Below are positions 1 to 10,500 of a DNA stretch of 64,000 nt, piece by piece. The notes under the pieces were generated by a model. The model ran no database searches and was not told the DNA's origin. It saw nothing but the letters and a program-made list of their open reading frames with translations. Position numbers and translations under genes: made by a program. This stretch comes from Amphiscolops sp. MND2022 (Eukaryota), in the NCBI GenBank assembly GCA_964187785.1, contig OZ076417.1, positions 15,748,001 to 15,812,000 of the forward strand. Direction: 5' to 3'. The first letter of the stretch is position 1, and each line of letters begins with the position of its first letter.

Positions 1-951
1 AATAATTAGTATAATGCATTCATTAAACTCCCTCAAACTTTGAAACTGCCTCAAATTTCACACAATCCTCCACTCTTTAATAATCGACGCTTTGTTTTGA
101 TCCTAAACTGCTTGAGCTAACATTGTCTCATCCTATAAAGATACTTTTTGTTTTGAGTTCATCATTATACATAAATGTAAACTATCGTCTTTATGTCTGG
201 AAATTGCAATGATCTCATCATCATTTTCAGTTTAAACTTGCCACACGGCCTAGTTTTTCAGAGCAGAAAGCTATGCTTCTCTGGAGCTCTTGGCTACTGC
301 TTCCCTTCCCTAGTCGGACTCGCAATTCAAGAAAATACAGAACTTTCACTGATCTCTGATCAAAAGTGAACCTTCTGAAAGCAAATCAAGCATCGTGATT
401 TGCTCGCTTAAGACTCCTTCCCCACTCTCCCCCTTCGCTTGCGATTCTAAGATAAGAGAACCTTCATTGGAAACATTGAGAAAACACCGTTCACTCACAG
501 CGGGAACCCATGACTTAGTGGAAGTACTGAGTGGTTCTATTGTTTGGTTCTCTTCGAACGGCTGAGTTGATCTCACATCAACATCGAGCGTAGCTAAGGC
601 CTAAGTTCTAAGACTAAGTTCTTAAGCTTATCTTAGCTAGTGTGAATTCTTTGCGAGTGAAACTTCAACAAAAGGGCGGTCGCGATTCAACGAAGAATCT
701 CGAAGCTTTCTCTTGTTTTTCACGCGATTTTTTGTCTAAGATAAGACATTGCTTTACTTTTCTAACCGCAGCTCTCTTTAGGTCTTGTTTTTCTCAACAC
801 ACTCGTTTCGCAAAACTCTTTGACTGCTCTTTTTTGAACATCGTTTCAACGCGTGTTTTTTTTCTATCTTTTTTTGCGCTCATCTTTCGCTGGTCCGCCG
901 TCCCTTTTCGCTCTCTCTTTTAGTTTCTTTGCTACGAAACAACGTCATCTT

Positions 952-1120
952 TTGCCTATTTTATGAGAAAGTGACATCACCACTCAAACTAGATAGATTA
1001 TGCTCTCTTGAAAACAAGAGGCAATATGGTACGTAACGTACCATATTGTCGCTTGGTTTCAAGAAAGGGTAATGTATCTAGTTTATGAGTGGTGACGTCA
1101 CTTTGTCATTAAATAGGCAA
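952..1120. repeat. Imperfect palindrome, ~84-bp arms centred on position 1035 (MITE/foldback-like)
   Basis: Core AATATGGTACGT-A-ACGTACCATATT. Arms continue to match outward (TTGCCTATT...AATAGGCAA) with scattered mismatches and one 2-bp indel. Confidence 0.9.
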
Positions 1121-2189
1121 GTGATGACTTCACAAGTTATCGAAAAAAGTCGCAATACCACTACAGCTCTTGTTTTTGATTTCGAGGTACTACACCTGAA
1201 TGACAGATTCCCAAAGCGCAAAAGTTCGAAGAATCGAAATTTTGAGAGCTGTTCATCGCGGCGAATTAAAATTTTTGAACGCTTTGATTGGTTGAAAAAT
1301 GAAAAAAGAACGAATAAAAATGTGCACTACAAGCTATAGTCGAGGCATAGTCAGCTATGTTCACATAGACCTAGTGCTTTAAATGCAGAGCAAAGCGAAG
1401 CGGAGCGACGTGCCTTTAGGCTATGCCTCAATGTTGCTACTTGGCGAAGGGAGCGGAGCAACCGAACCGTACAACAAACATGCTAACCTTTTCAAATAAC
1501 GACTTGAAAATTTTCACTGTTATGGAATTTTTCGACACTTTGAATACTTCGAAAATTTTCGACGCACTGAATGGTCTCCGGTAGGAATACATCTTGGCGA
1601 TATTTCAATAGCGCTTGATTCGCTGTGCCTAGCGGACTTAATATTTGCTAATTAAATCTTGTTTACATTGCGAACGCAACAGGATAATCCAAAATTGTTA
1701 TTCAAAACTGAATAGTTCAATATTTCGTACATGAGGTTTTTTATTTTAGTTTAATACGTTGAAATAGAAAAAGCAGAAAGTTTTAAGTTGAGTTCATAAA
1801 GTAGATAGGAAATCTTGAAACTGTATGAATTCGAACTGCCACATTCTTCCTGAAAAGACCTTTAAAACAAAATGGGACCATACTTTTGGTATATAAGACT
1901 AATTTTGTAAGTTTATTGCGACATACCATTGCAAATTGACGCTTTTTAGAGACCACTTTACGAAAACGCGACTGTTTTATTGACTTTTCGTCATGCTCTT
2001 TTCAATCTTGTTGAAAAGACGATTCCCTACCGAATGCCAAAGTCCGAAAATTCTTCGAAAATTCTACAAATTGGCAAATTATTCGGAAGACTCTCCATTA
2101 CTCTTTTTGGTCAGCGCCTTTTCCCTTAAGGAAAAAAGCACGACTATTACAGTGGGTAGTTTTTTTCAGCTGACAATCTCACTTTTAAT

Positions 2190-2650
2190 GGTCCACTTTT
2201 CTACAATTCCTTACAATTCTTACTTAGCTTACGAAGTAGTCTTTTTATATCGTCTGAGAAACTCAACGGGTCCAAAGGTACTCCCTTAGAATATTTTCGG
2301 CTCTGTGAGATTTTTTTTCGAAAAGAAAATTCCCCAAAGGGTCCACCCTTTATTTTTTTGGGTTTTCCGACACAACAGATGTTGAAAAGTCCCAAAGGGT
2401 CCCCCTTTCAACTTTTTTTGCATTGTGAGACCTTTTTCCAAGTTTTTTTAAACCAAAACAACTCCCTTCAGTTTTTTTCGATGATTTGCGACAGAATGGA
2501 TGAAAAATCTCAAAGAGTCAGCTTTGGTGGGCCAATTCGATTGAACTTTCGGGTTTTTCGGGTACTGTAGAAAATAACACTTTGACACTTTGAAGTCCTT
2601 TTGATATTTTCGAGACTTAGATATGGCGCCGACTTGGGCGGTTCCCGCGT
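2190..2650. repeat. Interspersed repeat family, copy 1 (opposite orientation to 45860-46625)
   Basis: CTTAGATATGGCGCCGACTTG (2616-2636) is the exact reverse complement of 45868-45888. The TTTGACACTTTGAAGTCCTTTTGATATTTT segment matches ~46104-46147 in reverse. Internal degenerate GGGTCCCCCTTT / TTGTGAGAC subrepeats. Confidence 0.75.
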
Positions 2651-4084
2651 TTTTACATACTTATTTCACATACTTAAGTGTTTTTCGCGACCTGATGAGT
2701 TTCTCGAAATGTTTACGGAGACTTTTCAAAAAATTTCGATTTATTGGAAGTTTTCACTGTTTTTCTAAAGAACAGTATTTTTTAGCCAAAGGGCCCCTTC
2801 GGATTGTTCTTCACTTTGTGATGTTTTCCGGGAGCCTTTATTCCACAAAAGAGTTCTTGTTTCGTTTCCATGGTTTCTGCTGGGGAAAATGCAAAAAAAT
2901 ACTTGTGCTTTTTTGCACTTTCAGCGATGCGCCGACTTTTGACGTTCCCAGCATGTTTGCGTGTATCATAACGTATTTTATCAACGTGTACTTTACTTTC
3001 GCATTTTTCTAAGTTTACCACTTTTTTCAGCTAAAAACCACTAACGCAATTCTAACCCGTTTCTCATCAAAAGACCAAAACGACTCTATACCAGCCAAAA
3101 TGACAGTCAATAATGGAAAATTCAACGCTAAGTTTGGATGACGGGTGGTTGTTTGGTGAAACGCTTGAATTACAAACTTGGAAGTCGCGCCGAAGATTTT
3201 ATACTTGATTTCAATAATTTTGAACGCTCAATTTTTATTGGAATTAACCTCATCAAATTCCGGGCTGTGACCATTGCCAGATTGGATAATACCCCTTGTT
3301 ACTGATTTCGTTAAACGCTAGCAAACGATGGAGTTGGCCGTCTAAGAGTGTGAAAATAACACTTGAACCTAGATTTTTTTACAACCCTTCACTTTTATCG
3401 AAAACACTGCTCACTGCTCATTGAAACTACGATTGAATTCAGAATATCAGTACTTACTTATCATGCATGAGTCCAATACCTTCAATTTCCAGTAAAGGTT
3501 CATGATGTCCTTGGTCAAATCGCCCCAAATGCACTGCCATCATAGTAAAGTTCTTGTCTGAAACAGCAGCAGAAAAATTTTGCCTCTCTACAAAAGAGAA
3601 GCATTATTTGGCAAACATCAAAATTGAAAATCGACAATAAACACTGCAAAATAGTAACTGTAAATAAACTGAGTTGTTTTAAGTGTTCAATAACGTGGGG
3701 TTGGTGAACTTTTGTTCCTAATTTACTATATTAGTATTTGAAAAAAAATGGTTGAAAGTACATCAAACCAATTTTCGATAGGACGATTCAAACGACGGAT
3801 CCAAATTCCAAATGCGCTTGCACAGTAACGAAACCTATTTCTGGTGAAAACTTCGATTTATTTTACTGCTCATGTACTTTGCAAATAAGGCGGATTCTTT
3901 GATTCGCTTGGATGCGTTAAGCTACTGATAATCAAATCATGACAACTGAAAAAGTGTATCTGATCATATCAAATTACTTCAAAGCCATCCAAAGGACAAT
4001 CGAACTGTTTACTTCACGATAAACAAAACAGCTGTAACTCATTCAAAACGCGTATTCAAAACGCGTATTTCACTGTGAAGTTAT

Positions 4085-4665
4085 GGGGTGAAATGTGCTA
4101 GACGGTAATAGTGTGCGAATCCGAGGAAGTTTTGTAAATTCTCCAGATTTTCTTGGGGGCATTCCTTGTTTCTGTCCTAGGGGTCCAGATTGAAGCCTTT
4201 TGCTGAAACAACTCATACCAGGTGTTCGGTTCCAAAGCGCATGAAGTCGCATTTCTCGGCGCGTTTCTTGAACTCGCCTCTCGAGAGACATTCAAAGATT
4301 TCTATAATTTTCTCAATGAGGTCCTAAAGGGTTTCCGTTGCGCGGAGTCTTTCGTCGATATAGGCCATCGCTACACTTCCTTCGTATTGTTGTTTTATCT
4401 TCTGAAGTCTCTATGTGACTGACCTGAAAGTAGCTGATGCATTGCATAGACCAAAGCGCATGCGTCGCCAGTCTAATAGGACTAACTCACACGCAGAGGC
4501 GGTCTTCTTTCAGTCACCCTTCTCAACTGGTATCTCCCAGAAGGCCCGCGTTTCCTTTTGATGGTACATTAAAGATTTGCGTTCCTAAATCTAGTGAGGG
4601 TCCCGTCTCATCTAGGGAGCGGGATCGCATCATTCACTGTTACGTCATTTAGCGGCGAAAGTCAC
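4085..4665 (-). pseudogene. Ty3/Gypsy reverse transcriptase remnant
   Basis: Manual translation across frameshifts: DVTVNDAIPLPR ... FWEIPVEKGD*KKTASACELVLLDWRRMRFGLCNASATF ... MAYIDE (YxDD) ... AEKCDFMR ... QNFLGFAHYYR. Confidence 0.85.
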
Positions 4666-5849
4666 AGCAAAAGAGAAGCTCGCCTATGTTCTATTCCACC
4701 ATGACTACCCCACTTGCCCACTGCGACTAGGAAAGTTTTATGAAACTGAGAGCAAGCAAGTTCTACACTCTCTGAATTTTTGTCGGCGGACATTTGCCAC
4801 ACTCATTTGCTGTGTAGTAAGGCCTCCGACTCTCGTCTAATGCGTTTTTTTTCATTTTGCACCGTCCTAGGTCGTCTTTTCTTTTCATTAACCAATAGCC
4901 GTAATTGATCAAAGTGCTTTCTAGTTTCTGCCTCGCCTCTCCTCCCGGAGAGACTAGAATAATGAGATAGTTGGCCCTGGAAATGGCCCCAATTGAGCAA
5001 TTTGGGATCAGTTCTCTTGCTCACTTCGACCTCCTTCAGACAGCCCTATTTCTGAATATTCTGTACTCCAATTTTTATTTAAGAGTATATAACAAAACTG
5101 TGATAGGCAATGGTTTATTGATCACTGTTTTTTATCGCGTTATTATATGCACTCAGTCTTTGGGTGTATTGTTCTGAAGTGCTTAGAATACTACTTCTTC
5201 TTCAACAGACGTTAAAGAGTGTTCCGAAACTGACATCGTGCACAGTCTTGAGGAAATTAGGACGTTTTGAGCCCCTGATGGTGACTCGCTTTGAAGTTAG
5301 GTCCAAGAGGATGTTGTACATTTTCAAAATCTTGCGACTCAAACGCAACTCTTCCACTCAGTGGTGATCAGCGAGTACAATGAAGTTGGCGTTTAGGTTG
5401 TGCCCACACAGTTGGAATATGGCGTCCTCCGATATAACAAAGATGTTGTTACTCATGCCGTTGGAAGCGAAGAGCTCTATATCGTATGGTAATAAGCTAA
5501 ACGCCTAACGAGAATCAACTTTTTGAATATTGCTAGTGAGAAATAAACATTGCAGACCAGTTGTCTATCACACCGTAGAAGTTGTCGATCACACCGAAGA
5601 AAAGCTCTCTCGTCGATTCCAGCTAGTGCATAGAAATCAAAGCCAGGGTGTAGTTTGGCACCGGGGCCTCAGGTGTAGTCAGCATCTGATTCTTTGCAAG
5701 AGTTACGATAACCGAGCGCGAGCGGTGTCCTGCTTCCACTATGGAAATTAACCTTACTTGATCCTCTCAGTCAGTTTTTTCAGTTGAAATTGTAACGTGT
5801 GCACACCATTATGCCTCAACTTGTTCGTCCTGCCTTGCACTTTCGCGCA

Positions 5850-6700
5850 GCATTACCTAGGATGCCGAATGACCCGTAAAGCCACAGTTGATGCAGAACA
5901 CCACCCTCCCATGCACTGTTGATGTAGCCAGAAATACACAGTTTTTACCCCTTCCGGGTTAAAGGGCCCAGTGTCCATCCGCCCGATGGGTTGATAAGAC
6001 ATGGTTTCACTTGATGCTGTACTGGTTTCCGTGATCTATCTTTAGGAAGACTATCGGCCACAAAGTGTAACAAATTGCATTATTTGAGACAAGCTCCAGG
6101 TGGTTGTTGTCGATGAGCCATTTGCGCCAGTGGGGTGCCGCAGCCTGCCGTGCCTTATTTTGATGGTTGAGCTGGATTACCTGTTGTTGTGGGGCTTGTG
6201 GGTAGTGTTGCGTTAGGGGAGAGCAGTACAGGCGCAGGTATTGTTGCAACGTGACCCAAAATGCTTCCACTGTTGGTGGTTCGTCAACGTGTTGTTTTCA
6301 AGCATACATGAGGACTAGGTTGCGTTTTAGTTCAAAGTTGCGGATTTCATCGATGAGCTTTTGCATTATTACATAACACCGCACAGCTACCTCTCCGATC
6401 GGAAAGTCTTGGCTGCGTAGTAAGCCTTCCAGCGCGTCCAAGTTCTGCTTTCGGTACTCGTAGATAATCTGATTGCGTGTAGGAAATTGCTGCTGTATGT
6501 GGTTCTTGTTAGATCCCGTGCAAAAGCGATGAATAAAGAAAGCGAATACGTTTTGATCGGTGTTCAGCGGCGCTCAGCTTCCGACTTGTTTGTGATATAA
6601 TTTCTAGCTTCATTTGCGCAAAATAAACAAAACAATGGTCCAAGTTTTGTCCAAAGGCGTGGCCTCTGCGAGTGATTTCTTTAAGTAGCATTTCTTCAAC
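5850..6700 (-). pseudogene. Gypsy gag remnant with partial CCHC zinc knuckle
   Basis: CINCGFTGHSAS at ~5860-5895. Upstream peptides LDALEGLLRSQDFP ... IDEIRNFELKRNLVLMYA ... PPTVEAFWVTLQQYLR are capsid-like. Confidence 0.6.
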
Positions 6701-6904
6701 AACATTTTTCCGTAACTGATTGCATCACGCGTTCTGCGGTACTTTACGGGCTTGTATTTAGTCTCTTTAGCAGCATTGGTTCCAAGTTTTAGACATTGTT
6801 AATGCCTCAGCTAGTGCTTGTTTTTTGCATCGTTCCAGGTGTTCCAGATTTTGATACTTCAAACTTGAGTGATTGGATTCAATTGTTTTTCATACTAATG
6901 ATGC

Positions 6905-7468
6905 TGTATGATAAAGCTTCAAAATAGTTCAAAAAGAGTTTTTGTTTGAATTTCAAACCTTCAAGACTCGGTAATTTACCGATCAATGTCTTCAATTTTG
7001 CTATTTAAGGGTTAACAAACCTTCTCTGTCGACGGACCACCCACAATTTGTGAGATAAAACAATTATTATAAAAAGAATTGTCCATTTGTTGTGATTCTC
7101 AGGTTCAAGAAGCCAATTTGGCTCAAACATGACATTACTGACAGAAACAGCGGTGAAACTTCAACATAAAATCAACATTAACTCAATGAGAAGTCAACGT
7201 ACTTCAATTTTGATTGGCTGCCCAGCAGCGCGTAGCAGTTTTGATATACTAAAATGTCATCAATCAATAGACAGGGCATCAAACAGACTCTAAAGTTATA
7301 TCATATAACGATTATCAACAAAATGTTTCATAAAAAACTCCTTCAACATAGTTTAAATTATTGCCGGGTCCAATTCTTTCCTTTTGATCCAAAATTGTGT
7401 CCCAAAATTTCGTTCAAGAGGATTTGATATTTGAACTGGAACATGCTCCGAAATTTTCGTTTCTAACA
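6905..7468 (-). repeat. BEL/Pao 3' LTR (564 bp)
   Basis: TGTATGATAAAGC...TTTCTAACA; direct repeat of 13788-14351. Confidence 0.98.
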
Positions 7469-7481
7469 TACCGCCCGCCTT
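7469..7481 (-). promoter_or_regulatory. Polypurine tract of the BEL/Pao element
   Basis: Minus strand reads AAGGCGGGCGG-TA immediately before the 3' LTR. Confidence 0.75.
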
Positions 7482-7576
7482 GATTTCGCCCAGTAAATCA
7501 AAGTAAATCAAGTTGATGTTTGCTTCTTTCGGAGATAGTTCCATAAATCATAACACAGCTCTAAATTGTATCAGAT

Positions 7577-10500
7577 TCATTCCAAATTATCATTCAGTAA
7601 AGGTAGCTTCCGTAGTTTGGCAACCGGTCTGTTGAAAATACCGTTAGATGTTTTCACTTTTACAACGCGTACGAATTGGTCGGGTCCGCTATATACGTAC
7701 GTTATTCGACCGAGTGGCCACTGGAGAGGAGCAACGTTATCATCGGTCAAGTATACCAGATCACCAACTCTTAAATTTTCGCTTTCATTTTTCCATTTCA
7801 GACGTTCTTGCAACGAAGAAACGTACTCTTTTGTCCAACGCTTCCAAAAAATGCCTAGAAGATTTTGCAGGAAAAACCAACGTTTTTGTGGCGAGCATTT
7901 TTTGATTTCATCCGGTACACTAGAAATTTTCATTGGGAAAGCTTCTAAGCTTCCACCACAACAAAGGTGTGCCGGTGTTAAATGTTTGTGATCCTTTGGA
8001 TCCTCTGACAGAACGCCTATTGGTCTTGAGTTCAAGACCCATTCGATTTGGCAGAACAATGTTGTCAATTCCTCAAAGGAGAGCACATTGTTCCCCATAA
8101 TTCTCCTCAAATGGTGTTTAGCGCTCTTTATTGAGGCCTCCCATAGCCCTCCGAAATGAGGAGCACGTGGCGGTATCAGATTCCACTTCATATGCAGGTT
8201 GGCAGCTTCAGCCTGAAAGGAATTTGCGTGCTCATTTTTCAGGATTTTCTGCAATGCCTCAATTTCAGCTTTTGTTCCTGCGAAGTTCGATCCATTGTCG
8301 GTGTATATCATAACTGGGCATCCTCGCCTTGCGGTGAACCGACGTAGAGCAGCAATACAAGCTTGTGTTGTTAGATCAGAAACTGCTTCAAGATGCACAG
8401 CACGGCTAGCGAAACATACAAAAAGGGCGAGATATGCCTTTTCTGAATTCTTACGAGTTCCTTTACAAGCGAAGGGACCTCCGAAGTCTATTCCAACGTC
8501 TTGAAATGCCTTTGTGGGCACATCTATCCGCGACTTTGGGAGGTCACCCATTAAAGGTAAGGTGGCCTTTGTTGTGAAGCGACTACACTTCACACAGTTG
8601 CGAACAAACTTGCGGATTTTAGCACGACTGGCTGGGATCCAAAAACGTGTTCGGATTTGTGCCAGAACTTGGTTGGTGCCACCATGCAAAGTTTTCTCAT
8701 GGGCATTAGCAATTATCAATCGAGCAAGTTGACTCTCAGGAGGAATGATTCTTTGGTACTTCGCCTCGTCAGGCAAGTTCGCATGCACAAGACGTCCACC
8801 CACACACAAAACATCTTCATGAAGAAATGGGTAAAGCTTCAAAATTTTACTGGATTTATCGACTTGGTTTTTAGTCTTCAAAGTCGATATCTCATTCTTG
8901 TAGAACAAGCCTTGTTCCTGTCGTAGTAGGATGCAAAGCGCTTCAGTCCTTTCATCAAATGTTATGTATTCCGGAAAATTTTTCCCTTCTCTTTTAAGTC
9001 GTGAAAATGCGCGCTTAACAGTTGAAACAATTCGCAGTGCTTTCTCGAAGGAATTTTCTTTCGTCAAGTCGAAGATTACTTCCGTACTCTTTGCCTCTGT
9101 AACAGTCAGCACAACTTGATCAGAGTTGTTTGGCTTCACTTTATGATCTGCTCGCTTTAGTTCTTCTTTTGTCTCACAAAATGGAGGCTGTTCTGGAAAC
9201 TTGTTAGTGACCAACCACTGGGGACCAGACCACCAAAGCGAATGTTCTTTCAGCGTGTGAGGATCGATTCCCCTGGATGCAGCATCCGCCGCGTTATCTT
9301 CACTTGGCACATGTCGCCAAGTAACATCCGGATACTCATGAATTTTAGAAATTCTATTCGCCACGAAGGTTGACCATTGACTAGGCTCCTTCAAAAGCCA
9401 AGACAACACAATTGTGGAATCTGTCCACGCATTTTTTGACTGAATTTCCATTTTCAGCTTGGAAAGACTTTTGACTACAGCGTCCAAAAGATTCACCCCT
9501 AATAAGGCAGCGCACAATTCGAGTCGAGGAATAGATTGAGTTTTTAACGGGGACACCTTTGATTTGCCAGTCAGTAGAGTGGCTTTCATGTTACCTTCTG
9601 TGTCACAAGAGACAATGTAAACACAGGCTGCATAGCCCTTTTCCGAGGCGTCGCAAAAGAGGTGTAGATTAATCTCATCATTTTGCTCGTTGCAAAGAGC
9701 GAATCGATCAATCGCGATTTCGTTCAAAAATTTCAATTTTGATCTCCATTTGCAATAAAATTCCGAAATGTCAGAAGGAAGGATAGCATCCCAGTCGGTT
9801 CCGCATTTCCAGACTTCTTGCATAAGCTGCTTCAGTTGCAGGGTGACTGGCGAAAGCCAACCAAGTGGGTCAAAGACCTTAGCAATGTCACTGAGAATTC
9901 GTCGCTTGGAAAGCCTTTCGGTTAAATCTAGCTTCAGGTGTTTGACGGTGAATGTGAATTTGTCCTTGATGGGGCTCCAGACAATGCCAAGTGTCTTGAT
10001 AGTATGATTCTCATTCAGGAATTGGAAGTCTTCACTTGCTTCGCGATACTCAGGTGGAAGACCTTGGGTCAGCCTGGCATCACTGCAAGTCCATTTACGA
10101 AGGTCAAATTGTCCTTGTTTTAGAGTGTCGATGAGACCGGTCTGCAAATTTTTCGCCTCTTCCAAGTTTTCGGCACCAGTTAGAATATCATCAACATAGA
10201 AGTCGCGTTCAATGGCATCTTTGACGATTTCAGGTGTTTTCGGAGACTTGGCACAATCAAGAAGTGATCTGATTGCATGAAAGGAAGAACTTGCAACACC
10301 ATAGGTTACTCGAGTCATCCGATAGGTCAGAATTGGTTCATTTGGATTCTTACGCCATAGAATTCTGTGCAAGTCGCGATCTTCGAGAGAGAGTTCAACC
10401 TGGCGATACATTTTCGCCACATCTGCTGACATTGCAATTTTGAATATGCGAAATCTGATTAGAATGTTGAACAAATCGTCTTGACATTTCGGTCCCACTA

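Larger units (their letters stand above)
4075..6904 (-). mobile_element. Old decayed Ty3/Gypsy LTR retrotransposon (gag-PR-RT remnant); no LTR identified
   Basis: Minus-strand RT motifs at 4085-4665, partial zinc knuckle at ~5850-5895 and gag-like peptides at 6250-6700, all in the same orientation and in the expected order. Many stops and frameshifts. Confidence 0.75.

Noticed and set aside
240-650. Possible solo LTR (CTAAG/TAGCTA-rich, like the U5 region of the giant family)
   Set aside because: No alignable partner, TG...CA ends or TSD could be established.
1342-1470. 9-bp inverted repeat (GAGGCATAG/CTATGCCTC) around a small hairpin, with GCGAAG(C/G)GAGCG motifs
   Set aside because: Too short to assign and has no second copy in the window.
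2691-2760. CTGATGAG-TTTTCT-CGAAA resembles a hammerhead ribozyme core
   Set aside because: I could not form stems I and III with the flanking sequence, and there is no suitably placed NUH site.
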